Origin: Hyaloraphidium curvatum SAG 235-1
Taxonomy: Eukaryota > Fungi > Monoblepharomycota
Assembly (NCBI GenBank): GCA_025558095.1
Contig: JAIVFI010000007.1
Coordinates: forward strand, 248,001-312,000
Direction of reading: 5' to 3'
Length of the DNA: 64,000 nucleotides
Shown piece after piece: positions 37,530 to 48,708 of the stretch (positions are counted from its first letter, which is position 1; every line of letters begins with the position of its first letter). The position numbers were made by a program, and so were the translations under genes. Below the pieces are notes generated by a model. It ran no database searches. It was not told the origin of the DNA and was given only the letters and a program-made list of their open reading frames with translations.

Positions 37530-38673
37530 CTAAGCAAACACCTTGACGCCGGCATCCGGGAACAGAGCGCTCAGGATGATCAAGAAGAGGAGCTTAATCT
37601 TGCAGCTGTTGCCCGCCAGCGCGACCGAGATCCCCTTTTCCGGCCACTTGAGCGCGTAGGTTTCCCAGCCCAGCGCCTCGCCTTCGTGGCCCAGGAAGGA
37701 GCCCTCAGAATGGATCCCGAGACCGTAATTCATCCCCGGCATGATTTCCTTGAGCTCCAGGCGCTTTGCCGCGAGGTCTGGGGGCAGCGTCGTGTTTCCG
37801 CACAGCGAGTCGGCCCACGTCAGCAGGTCGCAGATGTTCCCCGTCATGGAGCCGCCGCCCTGGCCGTACGACGCATTCCAGCCCGTGACATCCGTGCCGA
37901 GTGCAACGGTGCCACCGGCTTCGGCAAATTCGGCCTGGGCGTTCTCGTTGATCACGGAATGTGCGGCGGGCTCGGGGAGGGCCGTGTTGTTGTTCGGCGG
38001 AAGGTACGTGCCTTTCATCCCCATGGGGACGCAGAAGCGCGCCTGCAGCTGCGAGTCGAGCGTTGAGCCCGTGAGTTTTTCGATCATGAGCTGCAGAATG
38101 AGGTAGTTGGTGGTCGAGTAGCTGGTGCGCGGTGCGAGGGTCAGCGACCGCGCGGAGGGAACCCCGCGGAACCCACCCCGTGGTGCCTGCCGGCTTCACT
38201 CCCTGAGCAAGACCTATGGCGATCAGCTCCTCGCAGGTCCACGCCTTGGACGGGTTGGCCACCACCTGGGGCACGGCCCCAGTAGGCGAGTTCATAAAGT
38301 CCGGCAGCCCCGAGCTCATGCCGAGCAGGCTCTGTACGTCGAGGCCGGCCATGGCCGGGAACTTGGCGGAGAGCTCGGGGAGCACCTCGGACACCTTGGT
38401 GGCGAGCGCGAGCTTGCCGTCGGCCACGAGCTGCAGCGCCGTGGCGGCCGTGAAGGTTTTCGTCACAGAGCCGATGCGGAGCGAGTCGGCGGCCGTCGCG
38501 GGGCGGCCCGGGGCGGCTTCGCCGTAGCTCTTGACGAATGTGCCCTTGGCGGGGTCGCGCACGGCGACGTAGAACGCCGGGCTCATCTTGGTCACGTCGC
38601 CCTTGTAGGTCTCAAGGACCGTGGCGTCAATGGCCGCGGCGTCTGCGTCGGACATGGGGCGGGCGGCGGACAT
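37530..38673 (-). CDS. Serine hydrolase, beta-lactamase class C / D-Ala-D-Ala peptidase family; intron 38122-38176
   Basis: RIGSVTKTF (SxxK), LLGMSSG, YSTTNY, GHEG; no signal peptide. Confidence 0.88.
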
Positions 38674-39637
38674 GGCGAGGCTGGTTGCCGCGAGTCGGGG
38701 CGGGTTCCGGTGGGCGAGGACGATTGGGGATACGGGATACGGGATGGGGGTCCCTTCGTGGCTATGTCGGATATCGGCAAGCCATTCTCGGCAATGCCGA
38801 CGAAGCACGAAGGATCCTCACTAAACTCCTTTCTCGCATGCAACTGTGCAAGTCGCTCATTAGAGACCATCTGCAAGGATTGTTGTGATTGTGGATCGGT
38901 CGTCGTCCACAGTCGGCTCGCCCTTGCCTTCCTTCTCGGACTGTCTTTACGGGGGTGTCTCTGCTAGGGCGCTGACTCAGGCCGAAACTGCGGGAAACAA
39001 GGGGATCGCGTAGCTGCTGCAGGACTCTGTCTATGGCGTGACGGATGGGTGACTGCAATGCGCCATCCCTGGAGCAGACGTCCCTCTGACGTAAGCGTAC
39101 ATGCTCCCCTCACACGCAGCCTTTGTCCCGAACGGGCAGGGCAGTCCGTCCGTTCACAGGCGGTTCCCGAGCAGCAGTGCTGTGGTGATCACTCGCCATC
39201 GCTCTCCTGATACCAAGCTACGCTAAAGCCTGACTTCATGCGGAAAATTCAGGATGGGGAAAGGGATCGGCACGGAGGTTCCACTTAGGGGAAAGCCGAC
39301 GCCACAACCAAAGACCGGACCCCCAAACTCCCTGTAACGTAACAGGGAGCTACCGCTCCTGTTACTGGGCATGGCCTGACGGCTTTTTGATGGTCTCCAT
39401 TGGACGTGTACGATAGCATCTCATGTATAGGCCCGGCTCTGCGATCATCATCGCAGTATTACACCAGCTCCGCACACAGTCACACGCCGTCCCTTGCGGT
39501 CGATGGCGTCGGTGGCACGTGGGGAGGGTCACAGGAAGCTGGCCTAGCCCTCTCGGCCCCTTCCACACTCCCTCGACGGGGAATTGCGAAGGGAATTGTG
39601 TTGCGCTCCTATTCTTTCCCCTTCCCTCGCGGCGCAG

Positions 39638-40838
39638 GCGCCGTAGTGCTTCGTGGCGCATGCGGAGCCAACGAATGCGGGACCGCTGATGACAGCTGCG
39701 GGCGGTCGTGCCATGCGGATCCTGCGCGGGCGGCTGGAGCTGCAACTCGGGCATTTGCCAGCAGATCCCCCCTCCGCCTTGCATCAAGAAGGCCAGCTGC
39801 ACCTCCGGACGGGTCTGCGGCAGGGACGACGACGGTTGCGGCGGGACCATTTCGTGCTCTTCGAAACCAGATGGATCCTGCGATGGCAGCAGCGGAGGAG
39901 CATCTCCGTGGGTCTGCTCTCCGGCAGGAACCTGCGATCTCGTGCCTCCCTTGTGCCAGTGAGATCTGCTCCGGCTACTCTCGCCCCATCGTGCGCTCGT
40001 TCACGCGGCAATCGCCTACCCAGGCCAATCAAAAACTGCAATAACAGCGGCATCGCCCACACCGTCACCATCGGCGGCGACAACATCATCCGCGCTCCGT
40101 GCGGGGTTATTTCGGACGGATGCGAAGGTGCCATTATCTGCGGCGACTGCCCTGCCGGGCATCATTGTAGCAAGGGGCAGTGCATAGTGGGCCGGGCGAC
40201 GACGACGACGCGGCGCACCACGCGGACCTTGAACAGGACCCCGACGACCACGACGAAACCGGAGCCACGTAGGTGATGCGGAACCTCACAGTTGCGCGAA
40301 CTGAAAAGTTCTTCCAGCCAAGCAAACGATACCGGGGATGCAGTGCATTCCGGACTTGGAGGCACTTTGCGAGACGACGGCCGAGCCCGTGAACTGCGTA
40401 GGGACATATCCCATCACCTACGTTCTTACGCATCCGGACGGCACCCGAGACGTCAAACGCTACTGCGGAACATTCGCTGTATGCTACGACGAGTGGTATC
40501 TGGGAACATCCGACGACGACAAGTGCCGAGGATCGCTGGGAACGCTTACCTTTGATTACGCATGCACGTTTTGCTGCGACAAGCCTGCCGACGACGGATC
40601 TCCAAGCTGCCGGACACAGGGCGTCGTGTTGCGGGGCGCCGTGTTGACGGGCGCCGTGTTGACGGGCGCAGGCGGGGCTTCGAGCTGCCTGTTCTGCACC
40701 GCACCGGCCGGCGCGAGGAGCGCGGCAGGCATCGTGCCATTGGCGGCGGTCGAGGTGGGCTGCTTGCTGAGCAACGAAAGCAACGATCCCAAGTTCGGCC
40801 TTCGACCTCCTGAGAACACTCTCTGGTATCCGAAGTGA
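39638..40838 (+). pseudogene. Cys-rich repeat protein gene (CG...DGCGG...CG.C units, Thr-rich linker, Cys-rich C-domain); apparent frameshift and no clear 5' exon
   Basis: Introns 39959-40023 and 40269-40317 join three ORF segments in frame; 1-nt frameshift near 39700 splits repeat unit 1. Confidence 0.55.
40620..40669 (+). repeat. 15-bp tandem repeat (~3.3 copies, ggcgccgtgttgacg)
   Basis: Directly visible; encodes GVVLR-GAVLT-GAVLT-GA on + strand. Confidence 0.8.
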
Positions 40839-41091
40839 TCAGCAAGCAAACAAGCTACGTGGGAAATGAAGCCGACCGAGAATGCAGACCAATATTGTAT
40901 AGACGTGGAGAAAAAGAGGGAAGCATGTGCAGAGATAGATGAAAATTCAGCGCAGGAAATACACGCGTTTTACACAGGTTTGTCGGGAGAAAAGATATGC
41001 GAGAAAAGGCCGCGAAGAGGATAATGGGAAAGCGGAGACTTCGATGCTTGAGACACAGGCTTAGGTCTTGAATCGGCCAGGTGCGTGATCT

Positions 41092-41457
41092 TCACCGCGG
41101 CCCCTTCCCAGAGCGCGGCCGTGACGGCCAGAGCAGAAGGTTGAGCTCTAGTTCCTTCAAGCTCGGCATGTCGGTGAGGAACTTCACCAGGAGCTCTTCG
41201 ATTGCGAAATCGATCCCGGCGTATGTCTCGTTTGTGCAGCGCCGGAAGAACACGCCGACGGCCGTCCGCAGGTCGTTCCTGGCCGGCGCTCCACGGTCCT
41301 CCCGGACCGATGATGCGACGGAGGTGCCGAAATATGCCCTCTCCGGTGTCCGCCTCTCACGATGTCGCTCTGGAACCTCTCCATCAAGTACCTCACCGAC
41401 CCCTGCGCGTGCTCGACGGCTCTCACCGTCCAACGCCCACAGCCACACAGGATCCAA
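41092..41457 (-). other. Possible gene remnant / hypothetical protein fragment
   Basis: Protein-like segment FAIEELLVKFLTDMPSLKELELNLLLW (LRR-like end), no convincing start or family. Confidence 0.25.
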
Positions 41458-41600
41458 CTCAGGTCGACCGTCGCAATGCGGAGAGGCAGCAGCAGTGCGT
41501 ACATCCCGCGGGAAGCGCCCGCAAAGCGGAGTGCCCGGTCGCTCGCGCTAAGCACGCCCGCCGACGCTGATCGACGCACAAACACCCCGCCCAACATGCC

Positions 41601-42119
41601 ATGCCCACGCACTACGACGCCCTCGGCGTGCCACCGACCGCGTCCGCCGAGGAGATCCGGCGCGCGTACCAGCGGCTGGCCTTGCAGGTGGGCGTCACGG
41701 CCCCCCGCCGAGGTGCAGGCGGGTTGACGGGCGGGCAGCACCATCCGGACAAGGTAGCCCCGCAGGGGGGCACCGCCGGGCCTGAAAGGGGGGACGACGG
41801 GAAGGAGGGCACCGGGCAGCCGAGCGGGGACGCGTTCCTGCGCGTGCAGGCGGCCTGGGAAACCCTGCGGCAGCCCGCCGCCCGCCGCGCGTACGACGCG
41901 TCCCTCCTCCGGCTCGCCTCCGCGGGCGCGATCGACGCCGAGGTCGACCTGGACGACATGGAGTTCCGCGAGTCGCCCGAGGGGGGCGTGTACGTGCACG
42001 CGTGCCGGTGCGGGGGGGAGTACGCCGTGTCGGAGGGGCAGCTGGAGCGCGGGGCGGACGCGGTGGGGTGCGGGACGTGTTCGCTGAGGATCAGGGTGCT
42101 GTACCGCGCCGTGGATTGA
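41601..42119 (+). CDS. DPH4: DnaJ + CSL zinc finger protein (Dph4/Jjj3/DNAJC24)
   Basis: THYDALGV, HPDK, AWETL...RRAYD, VDLDDM, CRCGG, CGTCSL; probable in-frame 51-nt intron ~41688-41738. Confidence 0.9.
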   Translation: MPTHYDALGVPPTASAEEIRRAYQRLALQVGVTAPRRGAGGLTGGQHHPDKVAPQGGTAGPERGDDGKEGTGQPSGDAFLRVQAAWETLRQPAARRAYDASLLRLASAGAIDAEVDLDDMEFRESPEGGVYVHACRCGGEYAVSEGQLERGADAVGCGTCSLRIRVLYRAVD

Positions 42120-42144
42120 CGCTACATGGCAGGCGGGTGCGGGA

Positions 42145-43131
42145 TCACCGGCTGAGGCCGCCGAGGCCGCCGCCGAGCACCGAGACCGAGGTGTCCGAGA
42201 CCATCCTCCGCAGCATCGAGGTCCACCCGCCCCGCGGGGCCTGCCCCGCCGCGGGCACCGCGTCGTAGTCCTCCCCGTCCTCGTCGACCACCGCGCCGTC
42301 CCTCGTTCCCGGCCGCACGACGGGCTGCGCGGGCGCGGGGAGGTAGCCGGGGGAGGCGGCGCCGACTGCGATGGCCCACGGGAACGGCGAGGCCGACAGC
42401 GCGCTGCCCGTCGCGCTCTCCCCCGGCCCGGGGCCTGGCGGCGGCGCGGTCAGTTTGGGTATCGCGTCCCGCGCGGCATTTGCCTGCTCCCCGATGCGCA
42501 TCAGCAAGGCGGGCAGCTCGGCCTCGAGTGCGCGCCGCGAGGCGTCGTGCTCCGCGTCCGAGCGCGACGACCGCACGGCGACGTCGAAGCGCCACTCCTC
42601 CCACGGCACGTCCTCGTCGTAGCTGCCGGCGAACCACGAGCGGCGCGGGCGGCGCTCGCTGAACACGACGGCGAGCGGGCAGCGCACGACGGGCGCGCCT
42701 TGGAGGGAGCCGCGGCGGGCGGGCGTCCCCCCGCCCGAATACGCCCCTCCACCGGAATACGACCCGTGCGGAGTGCCGTGCGGCGACGCGTAGGGCGAGC
42801 CGGGGCCGGAGTACGAGGAGGAATAGGGGGACGCGGGCGGCGGGGTGGGCGAGGTCGGCGCCCTGACGGCGTCCACGGCCCTGACGAACCGCGCCAGGCC
42901 CGCCTCGACCGCCGCGTCCACCTCGGCGTCGTCGACCGCCGCGAACCACACGTCCGCCGCCCGCAGCGCGCTCTCGCGGGGCCGCACGTGCGCCGTCGCA
43001 AACAGCAGCCGGTGGAACAGGACGGTCGACACGAGCGCACGCAGCACCTCGCGCAGGTGGAACCGCTCAACCGACACGTCGAACGCGTGCACGCGCGGCG
43101 GCGGCACGGGCGGGCTGTCGCGGGACGTCAT
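42145..43131 (-). CDS. ATG101: Autophagy protein Atg101 (HORMA)
   Basis: LREVLRALVSTVLFHR, WF finger RRSWF..EDVPWEEW, IP...PFPW. Confidence 0.85.
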   Translation of the reverse strand: MTSRDSPPVPPPRVHAFDVSVERFHLREVLRALVSTVLFHRLLFATAHVRPRESALRAADVWFAAVDDAEVDAAVEAGLARFVRAVDAVRAPTSPTPPPASPYSSSYSGPGSPYASPHGTPHGSYSGGGAYSGGGTPARRGSLQGAPVVRCPLAVVFSERRPRRSWFAGSYDEDVPWEEWRFDVAVRSSRSDAEHDASRRALEAELPALLMRIGEQANAARDAIPKLTAPPPGPGPGESATGSALSASPFPWAIAVGAASPGYLPAPAQPVVRPGTRDGAVVDEDGEDYDAVPAAGQAPRGGWTSMLRRMVSDTSVSVLGGGLGGLSR

Positions 43132-43264
43132 CGTGGCCGGGGTGGTGCCACGAGCCAGTTCTCAACCGATGATCACTACTCGGACCTTCGGACGGGACGC
43201 AGAAGGCCGATCGCGTCCAAAACTTCTAATAGCCACCTCGCAAAGGCACCGCAACAGGCACGGG

Positions 43265-46200
43265 TCACGCCGCGGCGGGCGCCGCCTTGCCCAGCAGCCC
43301 GACCACCATGAACGAATCCGTCCTCCACCCGCTCACCTCGCCCCCCTTGGCCCCCTCCACCTTCTCCGTCGCAACGCACTCGAGCATGTTGCTCCCCTCC
43401 CTGAGCGCGTCCCCGCCGACCTCGGCCCGCCACGCGTCCGGCTGCCCGCCGCGCTTCGCGGGCGCGTCGGGCTTGGGCGCCGCGAGCGCCGTGCCGTTGA
43501 GCTGCAGCTGCACCTTGCGCTCGGCGTCGGATTCGGCGCCGGGGGCGAGGTGCACCGCCAACACGAGGGATTTGCACGCGGGGGGCAGGACCACCGAGGC
43601 CAGGGCCACCGAGAGGTCCGACGCCGGCACGCGCGCAGACCACGACCCCGCGCGGAGCTCCACGGCGGAGATGAGCGGCCTGTCCGAGGGCCGCTGCACG
43701 TACAGCGTGAGCTTGGGCGGGGGCGCGGCGGTGGGCGGGGGAGGGCGCGGCCCGGGGACGGGCGGGCGCGGGTACAGCGAGCCCGGGGCGGGCGGGCGCG
43801 GGCCGAACCCGGCGCCGGCGCTGTACGGGTTGTACGGCTGCGGGGGGTATCCGCCGGGCGGGTAGAACGCGTTCGGCGGGCGCGGGCCCTGCATGTACGG
43901 CGTGCCGGCGCCGGGCATGCCGGGGGTGCCGGGGTAGGGGGAGTAGCCGCCGCCGCCGGGCTGGAAGCCCGGGTACGGCGCCGGAGGGCGGGAGGGGGGG
44001 CGGCCGGGGGGCCGCTTGATCGGCATGGGGGGCTGGCCGCCGGCGGCCTGCGGCAATCCGTACCGCGGCGGCTGGCCGGGCTGCGCGCCCGGGGGGAAGT
44101 AGGCGCCGGGTGCGCCGGCGGAAACGGGTGCGGGCGAGGCGCCCATGTCGTCGTCGTCGTCCTCTCCCATCTTGAACTTGATCCGGAGCTTCGTCTGCAG
44201 ACACAACTGTCAGTCAGTCGACGCCGTCGGACCGTGCTGCGCTTTCGTCCCACCTTGTCCTCAAACACCTCCTTCCACTTTGGATCCTGCGGGTCCTCGG
44301 CCATGTCCAGCGCCCGCTTGTCCAGCCCGTTGCGCGCGTCCTTGTCCGCCCCGAACTCGTGCACCAGCATCTTGGCGATCTCCACCTTGTCCGCGTACAC
44401 GGCCCACGCCAGCGGCCTGCTGCCGAACCCGAGGTCGGCCTGCTCGACCTTGGCGCCCTTTTCCAAAAGGAAGCGCGCGCACTTGGCCGAGCCAAAGTAG
44501 CACGCCGCGTGGAGCGGGCCCCACTTGAAGGCCTCGCCGAGCTCGCGCGTGGTCTGGTTGGCGTTGACGTCGAGGTGGTAGTCGGTGACGAACTGCTTGA
44601 AGCGCTCCAGGTCGTCCGCCTTGAGGATCTCGTGCATCTTGAGCGCGTCTGGCGAGCGCGGGGAGAAAGAGGCGAAGCGTCAGCGGGCCGCACTCCCTCG
44701 GCTGGACGCGAGCCAACCTTCCGAAAGCAGCGTCTTGGACTTGAGCGCGTTCGGGTGCGGCACGTTCGGCGGCGGCTTGGGCTCCGCCGTCCCGTCCCTG
44801 GCGATGATCTCGTCCCTGATCTTCTGCCACTCCTTCTCGTCGATCATCAGGCCCCGCCACTTCTCCGCCCCCTTGTTGGGCACCAGCTCCCACGCCACCT
44901 GCCCGCCGTTGTTCTGCGCGTTCTTGTCCGCCCCGAGCTCCTCCATCAGCACCCGCGCCACGTCGGCGTGGTCCCCGTAGCACGCCCACGCGAGCGCGCG
45001 CCCGCCGTACCACTCGTCCTGCTGCTCCACGTTCGCCCCGGCCTTGGCCAGCGCGCGGATGGCCTTGACCGAGCCGTAGTAGGCCGCGGCCTGCATCGCC
45101 GTCCACTTGAACATCTGGCGGTCCAGGGTGGCCTGGAAGAGGCGGCCGGGGTTGACGTTGATGGGCGGGCTGAGGAAGCGGACGACCTCGGCCTCGTCGT
45201 CGTCGTGGAGGGCCTTGAAGTAGATGCCGATGTCTGGGCGTGCGGGGCGGCGGTCAGCGCGTTCTGGGAGGGGCGCGGAAGCGGGACGCCAACCCTTGTC
45301 CGACAGCTTCTTGCGCAGGATCGCGGGCTTCTTGTCATCCTCCTTCTTCTCCTCCTTGACCTCCTCCTTCTTGCCGTCTTTCCTCTTCTTGTCGCCCGCC
45401 GGCTTCTCCTCCGTGCCGGACTCGGCGCGCTTCAGGGTGATCTTGAGCGTCTTTTCCTTGGGCGCGTCGCCGCCCGCGGACGCCCCGCCCGAGACCTTGA
45501 CGCCGGCGGCCTGCGCGTTGAAGAATTTCTGGGCACGGGCGCGCCCGTCAGCCGCAACAAATGGAAGTAACCGCCAGTCCGGCCAACCTGAAGGGCCACG
45601 GCGTCCTTGTAGATGTCCGAGCCCGGCATGTTGTACTTTTTCGCGTTGCCGAACATGAGGTCCATGTCCGCCTTAAGCTCCTTGATCCCCGCGTACCCGT
45701 CCTTGGCGATCTTGGCCTGGATCGTTTTGAGGTCGATCGGGTTGTCGATCACGACGTAGTAGTCGGGCAGCTCCTTCTTGGACGGGAGCTTCTCGAAGAT
45801 GCCGGCCATGAGGCGGCCGCTGGGGGGTCGTTGGCCTCCGCTCCCGGCCTCAAACGGCAAATGAAACCCACTCTGGCGAGACCTGCGCCCGCACGGCGTC
45901 CAGCAGCCCCAGGAACACGGCCTTTGCGTCCGCCGACGCGTCCTCTGCGGGCACGGTCGCCGCGGCCTTCTTGTCCTTCTTCCCGCCCTCCTTCTTCGCC
46001 GGCGGGCTCGGCGCCGCCAGCTCCGGGTCCGGCTTGTGCCGCTTCGACGGCCGCTTCTCGCGCGGCTCGTCCGCCGGGGGCGGCGGCTCCTCTGCCGCGG
46101 GCTCGTCCGACGGCCGCCCGCGCCGCCGCATCTTGACGAGCTCGGCCGAGTCGGGGAACGCCTCGGGCGGCGCGGCGTCGGCGTCGTGGTGCGGCAGCGC

Positions 46201-46383
46201 GAGGCGGATCTTGAGCGACAGCGGCTTCGGCGCGTCGGCCGGCGACGCGGGCTGCGGCTCGTCCTCCGCGGGCGCGCCTTCCGCGGGCGCGGCCTCGGCA
46301 GGCGGGTCCGCGGGCGGCTCCGGCGCCGCCTCCGCCTCGCCGCCCGCCTGCGACTCGTCCGACTCGCGCCTTCGCTTGCCCAT
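43265..46383 (-). CDS. Bromodomain (Rsc/polybromo-like) + two ankyrin-repeat blocks + Pro-rich region protein, multi-exon
   Basis: FEKLPSKKELPDYYVVIDNPIDL...LMFGNAKKYNMPGSDIYKDA; ANK FKWTAMQAAAYYG...ALAWA and FKWGPLHAACYFG...PLAWA; canonical introns link the ORF pieces. Confidence 0.75.
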
Positions 46384-46642
46384 GGTGGGCACCTGTCACC
46401 TGTCGCGGCGGACGGTTGGCGAGTGCACTTGGTTTCGGATGGCTGGGCGCGCCCTGCGTCCGCAACTCACCCCCCGCTGCCCTCCACCTTCCGCCAATCG
46501 AACCATTGTTCTGACGCGGATTGCGTGTCTTCCTTGAGCTAAAGGACAAGCTGCGGGGTTTTGGGCCGGACCTGGCGGACTCTCAAGTGTTCGCGAAGCA
46601 ATCAATTGCCAATCGTCTACACAACTGCTCGCCGCAACGCGG

Positions 46643-48475
46643 CTAGAGATAAAGCCCCTCGGGAGTGCCCTGGAAGCAAAGACAGTTCAGCAAATGAAGA
46701 TCCACGGGCCGAAAAAGGCCAATCCAGGTGCGCGCGCCCGGAACGGCCACCACAAGATCCTCACCTCGGTCTTCCTGTACAGGACCTTCTCCTTGGCCTT
46801 GCGGAAATCCTCCGCCACCACGCGCATCCGCCGCTCCCGCAGCGCGAGCAGCCCCGCCTCGGTGCACACGGCCTTGATGTCGGCCCCCGAGAGGTCGTCC
46901 TTGCTCATCACGAACTCCTCCAGGTCCACGTCGTCGGCCAGCGTCATGCGCGAGGTGTGGATGGCAAAGATGCGCCGCTTGGTCTTGACGTCGGGGAGGG
47001 GGAACTCGATCTTGCGGTCGATCCGGCCGGGCCGGATGAGCGCGGGGTCGAGCGTCTCGATGCGGTTAGTCGCCATGATGACCTGTCGCCAAAACGCTCG
47101 TCAGAAAATGCGTTCACCGAAGCCAGGTGGAACGCACCTTGACGTCGCCGCGGGAGTCGAAACCATCGAGCTGGTTCAGCAGCTCCAGCATGGTCCGCTG
47201 GATCTCGCGCTCGCCGCCGCTCGTCGAATCGTACCGCTTGGTCCCGATGGCGTCGATCTCGTCGATGAAGACGATGGAGGGCGCCATCTCGTCGGCAACG
47301 CGGAAGAGCTCGCGCACGAGCTTGGGGCCGTCGCCGAGGTACTTCTGGATCAGCTCGGAGCCGACGACGCGGAGGAAGGTGGCCGAAGTCTGGTTGGCGA
47401 CGGCCTTGGCGAGGAGGGTTTTGCCTGCACACCCCGTCAGCGGGAAACAAGAGCGAAAATGGGGTCCGAACGCACCGGTGCCGGGAGGTCCGTAGAGGAT
47501 GACGCCCTTGGGCGGCTTGATCCCCATCTCCTCGTACAGCTCGGGGTGCGTGAGAGGGAGCTCCACCGACTCCTTGATCTCCTGGACCTGCTGGTCGAGG
47601 CCTCCGACGTCCGCGTACGACTCGGTCGGCGCCTTTTCCAGCTTCATGACGCTGACCATGGGGTCGGTGTCGTCCTGGAGGACTCCGACGACGGCGTGCG
47701 ACTATTCAAGCGGCGCACAACGATTAGCCAATGAATTCCAGTGAGCCCTTTGCCTCGAGCAACACACCTTGTGGTGCATGAGGATCGAGCAGCCCGGCTC
47801 GAGGATATCCTTGTCGACAAACGACATGATGCTGACGTAGTACTCGGGCCCGGTCGAGGCCGACACGATTGCGTGGTCGTCGTCGATGATCTCCTCCAGC
47901 GAGCCCACGTTCATCGGCGAACCGCGCAGGTCGTCCACCCGGGACCGCTCCTCCTGCGCCTTCTCCTCCTGCGGCTTCAGTCGCTCCTGGTTCTGCACGA
48001 ACTCCTCCTCCAGAAGCAGGAAATCCTTGATCCGCTCCATCTTCAGCATCCGCAGCTTGCACCGCGCGGTGGGGAAGACTGGCGCGCGCCGCTCAGACCG
48101 CGTCCCCGGCGGCAACCCGCGCCGTGCTCACTCTGGGGTATCCTGGTCGCGCTGTCCGGCCCGCGCTTCTTCTTCTTGCCGACCCGCGTGGGCAGCGGCG
48201 GCTCCCACTTCTTCTTGGGCTCCTTCTCCTTCTGCGGGCCGGCGCGTGAGCACCCGCCCCTCCGCGCCGCGGCGACGCGTCACGTGCCTTCTCCTTGTCC
48301 TTCGGCGCGCCATCGCCCGGGCCCGGCGGGCCGCCGGGCCGCATGCCCGACTGCTCCTGGCCCTGAGGAACGGGGCGCGTCAGCGGGTCCGGAGATCTGC
48401 GGCGTCCGCACAGCGGCGGCGGGAGAATCGCGCCGCCGGCGGCATGAAATCGCCTCCGTGTGCGAGGCTCACCAT
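46643..48475 (-). CDS. RPT2: 26S proteasome AAA-ATPase Rpt2/PSMC1, multi-exon
   Basis: M|GQEQSG start, [64 protein letters not shown]-term GLYL (HbYX). Confidence 0.95.
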
Positions 48476-48708
48476 TTGCGGAGGCGCAAAAGGGGGCGAG
48501 CAGCGGAAAGCGAGGGGGTTGTTGTCTGGTCGTGGCAGCCCCCGCTCGGCTGCTGCCCGCGTTGCGTTTGCTTCGTTCCTCACCGATCCGGACGCTCTAA
48601 CTCTATGAGGCACACAAAGCACAAGAGCAAAAGTAGGTCAAAGACACTACTATCTTCTCCTGCGTCATTTTTCCCGGAACCGGCTGCCCGGAGCACCCGA
48701 TCGTCGCT

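Noticed and set aside
40620-40669. GAVLT repeats as a pentapeptide-repeat domain
   Set aside because: Only ~3 units, explained by a simple 15-bp tandem duplication
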